Positions 37,726 to 46,456 of a stretch of DNA of 64,000 nt are shown in pieces; position 1 is the first letter of the stretch; each line of letters opens with the position of its first letter. This DNA is from Acidobacteriota bacterium (GTDB lineage: Bacteria; Acidobacteriota; UBA890; WLXD01). The notes below the pieces were generated by a model. It saw only the letters and a list, made by a program, of their open reading frames with translations, did not search any database and was not told the DNA's origin. A program made the position numbers and the translations under genes. The DNA lies in assembly GCA_963666055.2 (NCBI GenBank), contig CAXWPH010000010.1:64001-128000 (forward strand), in the 5' to 3' direction.

Positions 37726-39215
37726 TCAGTTCCGCCACCCGTCGCCCGGACCTCGCCGATCGCCGCGCGAATGTCCTCCAGCGCCATGCGCAGACGATCC
37801 GCATGAGCCCTGAGCGGCAAGACGCAGATACGAATCACGAAACGGCCGTCGAGCCGCGTGCCGGTCAGATAGATGCGCCGGCGGGAGTTGATCCGCGCCA
37901 TCAATCGCTGGTTGAGCGCATCGAGATCTTCTCCGGACAACCCCGGCGGCTTCAACCGCCAGGCAAGTATGGTCAGCTGGGGCTCTGCAACAATCTCGAT
38001 GTCGTCGATCTCGCGCAGGCGAGCCGTTATCCAGTCGGTGAGCTCGAACTTCTCCTGCAGGGCGTCCCGATACGGCCCGATGCCGTGACGCTTCAACGGC
38101 AGCCATACCTTGAGACCGCGAAACTCGCGCGAGAGCTCCGGGGAGATCTCACAGAAATCGACCAGATCAGGCTCGTCCTGAAGCGGCGGCAAGTAGTCAG
38201 CGCTGGCTGAGTGCGCTCGCCGCAACGCTTCGCCGTCGCGCACCAGCAGGCTGCCGACACCGTACGGAACGAACAAGCTCTTGTGCGGGTCCAGCACTAC
38301 CGAATCGGCCCGGTGAAGGCCGTGCAGAACCTGCCTGCCGCGCTCTGTAAGCGCAAAGAACCCGCCATAGGAGGCGTCGACGTGAAGCCACAGGCGCTCC
38401 TGCTCGCACAGGTCCGCGAGCTCGTCGAGCGGATCCACTGCGCCGGAGTTCGTGGTTCCCGCACTCGCTGCGACAAGGAACGGTGTGAGGCCGGCGTCGC
38501 GATCCGCGCGGACGGCGCGCAGCAGCGTGTCTGGACGCATCCGATACCGTTCGTCGGTCGGCAGGGAGCGCACCGATGCGATCGGAAACCCCGCCAACAA
38601 AGCCGCTTTGAGCACGCAGTGGTGTACTTGATCGGACGTGTAAATGATGCCGTTCAGGAAGTGCGCTGGCAGCCGCTCCCGGCGCGCCGTGACCAACCCG
38701 CTGAAGTTCGCCAGCGAGCCGCCGCTAGTGAGAAATCCGCCAGCCTCGGGCGGATAGCCGATGATCTGCGCGAACCACTCGATGACGTTGGCCTCGATCT
38801 TCGCCATCACCGGACCGGCCGCAAAGACACCCATGTAGCGGTTGACCGAGTCGTTGATGAACGAGGCGAGGGCCGACTCGAAGACGGCGTTGCCGTTCAC
38901 ATAGGCGAAGTAGCCCGGTGACGCGGTGTTCAGCGATCGCGGGATCGCCTCATCGAACAGCAGGTCGAGCAACTCGTCGAAGGGTGTGCCCTGCTGCGGG
39001 AGCGGCTCATCGAGCGTGCGGGCAAACTCGGTGGCGCCGTCTGTATTGGAGGCGGGCTGCTCGGCGAACGACATTACGTGCGGCACGACACGGGTCACGG
39101 TGGCGTCGATGAGGGCCCGTATCTCGGCCTCGTCGGGCTCGAGAGGCCAGGATCTTTCTGCGGCCGACGTTTGTGGGGCTAGACCCCGAATGTCGTCGTC
39201 GTGTGCTTCGGACAC
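37722..39215 (-). CDS. PLP-dependent group II (aromatic-L-amino-acid-like) decarboxylase
   Basis: TSGGSLAN, AGTTNSGAVDPL, LHVDASYGG, DPHKSLF. Confidence 0.92.
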   Translation of the reverse strand: MSEAHDDDIRGLAPQTSAAERSWPLEPDEAEIRALIDATVTRVVPHVMSFAEQPASNTDGATEFARTLDEPLPQQGTPFDELLDLLFDEAIPRSLNTASPGYFAYVNGNAVFESALASFINDSVNRYMGVFAAGPVMAKIEANVIEWFAQIIGYPPEAGGFLTSGGSLANFSGLVTARRERLPAHFLNGIIYTSDQVHHCVLKAALLAGFPIASVRSLPTDERYRMRPDTLLRAVRADRDAGLTPFLVAASAGTTNSGAVDPLDELADLCEQERLWLHVDASYGGFFALTERGRQVLHGLHRADSVVLDPHKSLFVPYGVGSLLVRDGEALRRAHSASADYLPPLQDEPDLVDFCEISPELSREFRGLKVWLPLKRHGIGPYRDALQEKFELTDWITARLREIDDIEIVAEPQLTILAWRLKPPGLSGEDLDALNQRLMARINSRRRIYLTGTRLDGRFVIRICVLPLRAHADRLRMALEDIRAAIGEVRATGGGTE

Positions 39216-39314
39216 CGCCGCTCCGTCTACAAAGCAACGGCCGCCGAACCGCCGGCGACCTCACTACGGACCCAAGATGGTCGGATGCTACCATGGCGCT
39301 CGTGTGCGGACGCT

Positions 39315-39887
39315 TCACGCGCTACCCGCGCCATGCTTGGCTCTCTCGGAATCCGATACCAATTCTGTACCATCGCCCTGCGCATCGGTGTGCAACGCTG
39401 CGCTCCACTGCGCCGACGCTTTGCGGATCATGCGGGCGTCCTCATGCACGTAACGCATCGTCGTTTTGATGTCCGAGTGGCCCATCGCCCGCTGCGTTCC
39501 CACTAGATCCCGGTACGCCATGAACGTCCCGTAGGTGTGGCGGAAGGTGTGGATCGTGATGTCCTCGGGCAACTCCAACCGAGTCCTTTCTTCCCGCCAC
39601 ATCTTCTGTAGCGTCGATGTGCAGCCAGCCACGAGTTGCAAGTCGCCACGAGCGTTCGCCAACTTCACCAGCTTGCGGAAATGCTTGATCGCCTCGTCCT
39701 CGAGCCAGACGATTCGCTCCTTGGAGCCTTTGCCTATCACCACCAAGTGAGCTCCCGGCGTGTTGACCTTCACGCTCTTGACCGGCAAGCCGGACAACTC
39801 GAAGGCTCGCAGCCCCGTCAGCAGATAGGCCAGCCTCCTTCGTAACCGTGCAGGCCGGCTTGCCGGCGGTGCTCCACCCCAGCGATC
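39315..39887 (-). pseudogene. Tyrosine recombinase/integrase, catalytic domain only
   Basis: LLTGLRAFEL, GKGSKER, HTFRHTYG, MGHSDIKTTMRY; in-frame TGA at 39890-39888 removes the N-terminal domains. Confidence 0.85.
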
Positions 39888-40030
39888 TCAGCCGGAAGCA
39901 GCGCCAGCTTCTAGGTGCGGCCACGGCCGGGCGATGACACTTGCCCCTCCAGGCGGCGAGAGGTACCTTCGCACATCCTCGCGGCCGTGACCTCTTGTGC
40001 ACCGGGTATACAGAAATGGGAGAAACGCGA

Positions 40031-40801
40031 ATGCAGCAACACAAGCCTGCCAAGCTCATATTTGCCCCGGTGGCAGTCTCGCTCCTACTGCTTGCGCAGC
40101 TAGCGATACCAGCATTGGCGGAATCGAGCGTTGCGTCTGCCGGTGCGCCCACCATCCGCAAGGTGGACGTCACCGACGATGAAACGCAGATACTGATCTA
40201 CGGTAAGAATTTCTGTGCCAATCCTGTCGTGAAGCTCTCGACCATCACGCTAGATATCGACTCTGTTGACCTAGGCGGCCCAGAGTTGATCGTCGCAGAT
40301 TTGCCCGAGAATCCTCTGGTTCCGGCAGGCTACCGACTATCGGTAGACTGCGGTGTCAACAACCGCGGCAATGGGCTCCTCGGCTACGTATTCGTCAGCA
40401 TCGGAGACATTGGCCCACGGGGGTACCCGGGGGCAAGCGGTGCGGACGGAAAGGACGGCGCCGATGGGAGCGACGGAGCCACTGGAGCCCCTGGCACTGC
40501 CGGAGCCACCGGGGCGGTCGGTGTTTCGCAATGGGAGCGACTTAAAGGGGCCTGCCTGACCGTCCCCATTGGGGCGATAACGTCGACCGTAGTAACGTGC
40601 ACCGTTGGCAAGAAGCTCTTGGGAGGCGGTTACTTGAAGGCTGACTCGAATGCGTGCAACGTCGATATCGGAGCAGCACATACAACAACCATCCTGTCGA
40701 GCGGTCCAACAACGGATAACGCTTGGAGGCTTTCGTTGTTCAATCAAAGCGGCGTCGTCGTATTCTATTCCGCTTACGCCATCTGCGCGGTCGTCGACTG
40801 A
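40031..40801 (+). CDS. Secreted protein with IPT/TIG-like domain and short collagen-like Gly-X-Y repeat
   Basis: Signal peptide (PALA), ILIYGKNF, GPRGYPGASGADGKDGADGSDGATGAPGTAGATGAVG, C-terminal CTVGKKLLGGG...YAICA. Confidence 0.8.
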   Translation: MQQHKPAKLIFAPVAVSLLLLAQLAIPALAESSVASAGAPTIRKVDVTDDETQILIYGKNFCANPVVKLSTITLDIDSVDLGGPELIVADLPENPLVPAGYRLSVDCGVNNRGNGLLGYVFVSIGDIGPRGYPGASGADGKDGADGSDGATGAPGTAGATGAVGVSQWERLKGACLTVPIGAITSTVVTCTVGKKLLGGGYLKADSNACNVDIGAAHTTTILSSGPTTDNAWRLSLFNQSGVVVFYSAYAICAVVD

Positions 40802-40817
40802 CCGGCAAGCGGTATAA

Positions 40818-41021
40818 CTAGTCCCGACTGTCGACCCCAGCCACCTCAGCAGCCTCGAGCAGTATCACCAGCTGATCCTCGTGGATCTCCGACGGTGTCG
40901 TGGCCAGGTTGACCAGCGACAGGTCGGCCAGCGTGCGGATGTTGCATTGCCGCAGGGCGAGCGACGTAGAGATCCAGATGCCGTCGAGGTGGACGATCTG
41001 CGTAGTCGGGGTGAGCTTCAT
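40818..41021 (-). CDS. Small hypothetical protein, RNAP alpha-CTD/HhH-like
   Basis: LALRQCNIRTLADL resembles the alpha-CTD LxxxxIxTxxDL pattern; no clear RBS. Confidence 0.4.
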   Translation of the reverse strand: MKLTPTTQIVHLDGIWISTSLALRQCNIRTLADLSLVNLATTPSEIHEDQLVILLEAAEVAGVDSRD

Positions 41022-41138
41022 GCGTTGGAGCTAACACCCCCGAAATGGCCGAATACCAAAAAAATACCAACTTCGGTGGTTTTAGGGGTGTTTTGATACC
41101 CTTAGGAGCCCCCAACCACGCTGGTATCACTGAATCGT

Positions 41139-41837
41139 ATGTGCGGACGCTTCACGCTTCGGACCCCGGCCAACATCGTCAAAGACATGTTCGGCCTCGA
41201 GCCGTTGCCCGAACTCCGACCGCGCTACAACATCGCGCCGACGCAGCCGATTGCCGTCGTTCGTTCGGAGGACGCGGAGCGCCGTTTGCATATGCTGCGG
41301 TGGGGCCTCATTCCATGGTGGGCCAAGGACGTCTCCATCGGTAACCGCTTGATCAACGCCCGCGCCGAGACCGTTGCCACCAAGCCCGCATATCGTGAGT
41401 CGTTCGAGCAACGACGCTGCCTGATTCCCGCCGATGGCTTCTACGAATGGCAGCGCCTCGGCAATGGCCGCAAGCAGCCCTTCCATGTCGATCTTTCCAC
41501 CGGTGACCCTTTCGCATTCGCCGGTGTCTGGGATCGTTGGCGCGATCCGGTCAGCGATGCTGTCACCGAGTCGTGTGCTCTCATCACCATCGAGGCGAAC
41601 TCGGTGGTGGCGCCGATCCATCACCGCATGCCGGTAATGCTGCCGCCATCCAGCTTTGCCGCTTGGCTCGAGCCCGATGCCCAACCGGAGGGGTTGCAAG
41701 AGATGTTGCGCCCGATTGCCGGCGAGCGAGTGCGCGCCACACCGGTGAGCGTCTTGGTCAACCGTCCCGAGAACGACGACCCGCGCTGCCTCGACCCGGT
41801 CGTTGCGCCTTCTCTGCAGCCCACCTTGTTTGGCTGA
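41139..41837 (+). CDS. yedK: SOS response-associated peptidase (SRAP/YedK/HMCES), abasic-site protection
   Basis: MCGRF, RYNIAPTQ, WGLIPWW, INARAET, PADGFYEW, HHRMP. Confidence 0.95.
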   Translation: MCGRFTLRTPANIVKDMFGLEPLPELRPRYNIAPTQPIAVVRSEDAERRLHMLRWGLIPWWAKDVSIGNRLINARAETVATKPAYRESFEQRRCLIPADGFYEWQRLGNGRKQPFHVDLSTGDPFAFAGVWDRWRDPVSDAVTESCALITIEANSVVAPIHHRMPVMLPPSSFAAWLEPDAQPEGLQEMLRPIAGERVRATPVSVLVNRPENDDPRCLDPVVAPSLQPTLFG

Positions 41838-41975
41838 GCGTAGACGGGACGCGGCGTCAAGAACGCGGCTGGCCACACCCGACCACCGTACTGGGCGTGC
41901 GCGCACTTGGGGATTGTCCCGCCGACTGGCGGCTGCCTATTCTGCGGGCTGTCTCACCTGTTCCCGGAGTCGTCA

Positions 41976-42977
41976 ATGGCCGCAGCTCGCCCGAGCATCT
42001 ACACCACCTGTCCAGAGTTCGACCGCGACCGACGGCGGTCGATCGTCGAGCGCGTCATCGAGACGGCCCAATGGTGTGAGGCTCACGGTCACGCCGGGAT
42101 GCTGATCCGCTCGAACAATCGCCTCGTAGACCCCTGGACGATCGCCCAACTTCTGCTCCACGAGACCGAATCCCTGCAACCGGTGGTCACCGTGCAGCCG
42201 CTCTACATGCACCCGTACACGGTGGCCAAGAAGGTGGCCACGCTAGCTAGCGTGTACGGCCGCTGCCCGGATCTGTACCTGGTGGCGGACGGCTCGACGG
42301 CCGACCTGCTGGCGCTCGATGACCGAGTGGCACACGACGACCGATATCGCCGTTTGACCGAGTACGCCGAAGTCATCACCGCCCTGCTCACCGCGGTACG
42401 CCCCGTTACCCACGTTGGCGAATGCTATCGGGTCTACAAGCCCGCCACGTTGACTCCCCTGACCGACGAGCAAAGGCCGCGCTTCTTCATAGCGGCGAGC
42501 AGCGGCGCCGGGCGGCGGGCAGCGCAGGAGCTCGGAGCACGGTCGGTGTCTTCATTGGGTCTCGGCGACGGCGCCGACTGCCTCTTGTTGGGACTGGTGG
42601 TTCGCGCCAGCAGTGAAGAAGCTTGGGAAGTAGCCCGCGCGCGCTTCCCCACCGACGCGGCGGGCCGCCTGGCGCACGGCTTGGAGATGGCCTGGAGCGA
42701 CTCGATCTGGAGCGAGCGACTGCGCGGACTGGCCGACTCGAACACAAGCGACAGCGAAGGATTGTGGCTCGGGCCGTTCGAGAATCGGCAGGCGCGCAGC
42801 CCTTATCTCGTCGGCGACACCCGAACAGCGGCGCGTCGGCTACAAAAGGCCCTCGGCGCCGGAGCCCGGACTTTCTTTCTGGAGCCGCCGCATTGTCGCG
42901 CCGATGTCGAGCAGGCCAACTACGCGTTCGAGGGCGCCTGGACGCGCTTTCAGTCACCCCTCACACTGACCGCCTGA
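41976..42977 (+). CDS. LLM-class flavin-dependent oxidoreductase
   Basis: IYTTCP, LVDPW, VQPLYMHPYTVAK, RYRRLTEY, PYLVGD. Confidence 0.8.
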   Translation: MAAARPSIYTTCPEFDRDRRRSIVERVIETAQWCEAHGHAGMLIRSNNRLVDPWTIAQLLLHETESLQPVVTVQPLYMHPYTVAKKVATLASVYGRCPDLYLVADGSTADLLALDDRVAHDDRYRRLTEYAEVITALLTAVRPVTHVGECYRVYKPATLTPLTDEQRPRFFIAASSGAGRRAAQELGARSVSSLGLGDGADCLLLGLVVRASSEEAWEVARARFPTDAAGRLAHGLEMAWSDSIWSERLRGLADSNTSDSEGLWLGPFENRQARSPYLVGDTRTAARRLQKALGAGARTFFLEPPHCRADVEQANYAFEGAWTRFQSPLTLTA

Positions 42978-43017
42978 CCAGCGCTACGATCCGCTCCGTC
43001 GGAAATGCTAGACGGAC

Positions 43018-43042
43018 CTAGCGTCCTGAAGAACTCTGCTAG
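43018..43042. repeat. 17-bp IS-end-like micro-insertion between CTAG direct repeats
   Basis: CTAG-CGTCCTGAAGAACTCTG-CTAG; shares CTGAAGAACTCTGCTA with 13710-13725. Confidence 0.55.
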
Positions 43043-43482
43043 GCGCGCGCCTCGATAGCGTCGGCGAGCCGTCTGAGCCCTTGCTTGGTGAGCACACGCG
43101 CCGTCATGTCGAGCAGGCGTTGCCCGAGTCCGGCGAGGCGGCCGCCGACCTGGATATCGAGGTCGTACTCGAGCACAGTGTGTTCGCCGTCGTCGTGCAG
43201 CCGGATGCCTCCACTGCCCTCGATGAACCCGGGACCACCGCGTCCCTCGATACGCATCGAGTACGACTCCGGGGGACACAGGTCGTCGAGCTTCACACGG
43301 CCTTCGAAGCTGCCCTGAACAGGGCCAACGCCGAGCACCAACGCACCGGCGAACTCGTTGTCCCCCACCTGCTTCAGACGACGAAAGCCTGGCAACGTGC
43401 CGGCGAGAACCTTCGGGTCCAGTAGTGATTCCCACACGATCTGCCGCGAGGCAGCTATTTTCTGTCGACCTGACACCTTCAT
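43039..43482 (-). CDS. coxG: CoxG-like SRPBCC protein
   Basis: VWESLLDPKVLAGTLPG, GVGPVQG, VGGRLAGLGQRL. Confidence 0.85.
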   Translation of the reverse strand: MKVSGRQKIAASRQIVWESLLDPKVLAGTLPGFRRLKQVGDNEFAGALVLGVGPVQGSFEGRVKLDDLCPPESYSMRIEGRGGPGFIEGSGGIRLHDDGEHTVLEYDLDIQVGGRLAGLGQRLLDMTARVLTKQGLRRLADAIEARA

Positions 43483-43544
43483 GACGCCTCCATTCTACGT
43501 CCTCCGCGGTTCGGGTAGACTGCGCCGGGCGAGGAAAGGATCCC

Positions 43545-45142
43545 ATGACCGAGGTGGTGTACAGCATCGACGAGCAGCCACGGCATTGGTGGGAGACGCT
43601 GCTCTACGGCTGGCAGCACACGCTCGTCGACATCTCCCCTTTCGTTCTTCCGCTGGCGGTGGCAACAGCCATCGGGCTGGACGATGGTGCGCGTGCGGCG
43701 CTGATCAACTACTCGCTCATCGCCATGGGGCTGGCGACGCTGATTCAGACCACTGTCGGGAACCGACTGCCGATTGTTCAAGGACCGTCGGCGACGCTCA
43801 CCGGCACGCTCGCTCCCCTAGCAGGCCGTGGTGAAAGTGTGGTGGGTCTGGTTATGGCGAGTTGGGGCCAGATGCAAGGCGGCCTGACACAGGCGATGCC
43901 CCGGCCATCGTCCAGGAAGGCCAACGCCGCAAATGGCCCCAAATCGCCGTAACCCTTCGGGCGACAGGGGGTTGCGCGCGTATCCTGCGTCGTTCCTCGT
44001 CAACGATGCGGTAACCATCGCCTCCTCCTCTCTCCTTGCCTCCACTTCGCAAGACCCTGTCGCCAGACCCACCACACTTTCACCACGGCCTGCTGGGTGC
44101 CCAACTCGGACCGGCGGCCATGTGGGGCGCAGCGTTCGTCGGCGCGGCGGTCGAGGCGCTCATCGGCAGTACCGGCGCGCTCGGCGCGCTGCGACGTTTC
44201 TTCCCGCCGGTAGTCTCGGGCGTCGTCGTTGTGACTATTGGGCTGTCGCTCGGATAACTCGCGGTACGCCTGAGCGTCGGCGACGGCAGCGCCATCAACC
44301 TCGGGTTCGCGGTAGCGACCATCCTGTTGGTGGTGGTGTTGCAGGTGGCCGGCCGCCGTGTCGCCGGGGGTCTGCTATCGCGCGCGGCCATATTCGTGTC
44401 GATCTGGGTCGTGGGGCTCGGGGGAGGCAGCCTGCTGGACCGCGTCGACTGGAATCTGGTGGCCACGAAGCCCTGGTTTCAAGCACCCCGAGCGTTCCCG
44501 TTCGGCGGGCCGGGATTCGGATGGGAATTTGGCACTGTAGCGATCGTCGCAGTACTGGCCGGGTACTTCGGATCCATGGTGGAGTCAATCGGCGACTACG
44601 TCGCCACCTGCTCGGTAGTCGACGAGCCGCTTACCAGGCGTCATGTCGACCGTGGCATCGCCGCCGAGGGAGTGGGGTGCCTGCTGGCGCTGTCGGTGGG
44701 CGGGTTACCGTGCACCAGCTATACCCAGAACATCGGCATCATCAAAGTCACCGGTGTCGGCAGTAGGGTCGTCGTGCGCGTAGCGGCGGTCATTCTGCTG
44801 CTTTATGGGCTGTGCCCGAAGTTCGGCGCCCTGCTGGTAGCGTTGCCACGGCCGGTACTCGGCGGCGTGTTCGTGATCGTTTGCGGCCTGATCGCGACCA
44901 CCGGCATCGCCATGCTGGCGAGTGCCCACCAGGACGACGGCGCAACATTGATCGCCGGCATCACGCTGGTGGTGGCGTTGGGACTGCCCACATATGCTCA
45001 GTCAGTGCTCGGTCCCGCCTGGCTCAAGTCGTTGCCGCAGCTGGCCCGGCTCCTGGTGACCAACCCGGTTGTACTGTCGGTGCTGCTGGCGGTATCCCTC
45101 AACGCCGCCTTGGGCGCCATACCGACCGCTCCCGAAGCGTGA
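43545..45142 (+). pseudogene. Uracil/xanthine (NCS2) permease disrupted by MITE E and a nonsense codon
   Basis: GWQH, GNRLPIVQGPS, FPPVVSG, ESIGD, SYTQNIG; 275-bp insertion (frameshift) plus TAA at 44255-44257. Confidence 0.9.
43818..44096 (+). mobile_element. MITE copy E (271 bp) inside the permease gene
   Basis: CTAG...CTGG flanks; removing the element restores GTLAPLGAQLGPAAMWG. Confidence 0.92.
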
Positions 45143-45198
45143 GCACAAGCAGGCTATGCGCCGCTGGCGGTCCACAGTGCGCAACATGACCCTACGGA

Positions 45199-46406
45199 TC
45201 AGGCTTCGAGCAATGCGGGAACCCCGATCGGCCGCAGCGCTTGCACCGCGGCCGCTGCCGACAGGGCGTGGCCCTCGCCTCCCGGACCAGCAACAATCTG
45301 CAACCCCACCGGTAAACCGCTGGCGTCGAGGCCTGCCGGCACCGACGCCACCGGCAGTCCCGCCAGGCTCAGCAGGAACGTCGGAGCGACCCAATCGATG
45401 TAGGTCTCCATCGGCTTGCCAGCGATGGTCTCCGGGTAGTTCTGCTCGACCGCGAAGGGGGGTATGGCCATCGTTGGGGTGAGCAGATGATCGAAGTGAC
45501 GGAACAGTTGACGGAACTGCTCCCAGACGCGTCCACGGACCTGCTCGGCGGACGCGAAGTCCATTACGGTGGTCCCCAGGCCGGCCTCGACGTTGTTGCG
45601 TAGGTTGTCGCCAAACTCGGCGCGGCGCTCGAGGCGCGCATACTGCTGCGCCACCATCCAATACCCCCGCAGTGCCAGGAACGCCGGGCGTGCGTACGAG
45701 AGATCGAAATCGATCTCTTCAACGCTTGCTCCGGCGTCGGCCAGTGCGTCGATTGCTGCGCGGCACACACGGTCCACCTCGGGGTCGATGCCGATCGCGG
45801 CAATATCGCCACAGTACGCCAGCCGCATTCCCTTCACCGGGCGACTCTGCACCAGGTCGACGAAATCGCGGTAGTCGATCGATTCGCCAATCGGCACAAA
45901 CGGGCTCGGCCCCGCCACCGCCTGCAACGCCATCGCCAGGTCCTCGGCAGTGCGCGCCATGAGACCGGTGACTTGCATCGTGTCCCAGGGATAGTCAGAT
46001 GGCCATGTCGGCACCAGGCCCGGGCTTGGTCGGATGCCGACAACACCGCAAAACGACGCCGGAATGCGCAGCGAGCCGCCCAAATCGGTCCCCTCGGCAA
46101 TATCGATCATACCGGTGGCCAGCGCCGCTGCCCCACCCCCGGTTGATCCGCCGGCCGACAGTGCTGGATTCCACGGATTACGGCGCAGAGCGGGCCGGCC
46201 TCCTCGCCGCTGCTCAGCCGTGCTTCGAGGTCGCGAGCCTGGTCCATTGCGGTGTCCGACAGGGTCACCAGCGCGTTGAGAGCGGGACTCAACGCCTCGA
46301 TACGGCGCAACGCGGTCTCGATCACCTCTACCGGAGATAGCTCGCCGGCGGCGATCCGTCGAACGGTCTCACACGCTCTCGGTAACGAGGGTCCGTCCGA
46401 GCTCAT
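45199..46406 (-). pseudogene. Amidase (amidase signature family) with internal deletion/frameshift
   Basis: N-terminus ...EEAGPLC joined out of frame to RNPWNPALSAGGSTGG...GTDLGGSLRIPAS; the KD (catalytic Lys) segment is missing, junction ~46185. Confidence 0.85.
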
Positions 46407-46436
46407 GCCGATCCTCTCCCGTGCTGGTGTCCGTTC

Positions 46437-46456
46437 CTAGCAGGCCGTGGTGAAAG
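46437..46456. repeat. Solo MITE end supplying the cyclase C-terminus and stop
   Basis: CTAGCAGGCCGTGGTGAAAG reads FTTAC* on the minus strand. Confidence 0.75.

Larger units (their letters stand above)
39303..41157. mobile_element. Small integrative element remnant inserted in the 5' end of the SRAP gene
   Basis: 18-bp direct repeat TGTGCGGACGCTTCACGC at 39303-39320 and 41140-41157, flanking a tyrosine recombinase fragment and cargo. Confidence 0.8.

Noticed and set aside
39230-39330. tRNA as the integration target
   Set aside because: No cloverleaf or T-loop motif seen; the direct repeat matches the SRAP start instead.
44255-44257. In-frame TAA as stop-codon recoding
   Set aside because: The gene is already broken by a MITE; a CAA>TAA nonsense change is the simpler explanation.
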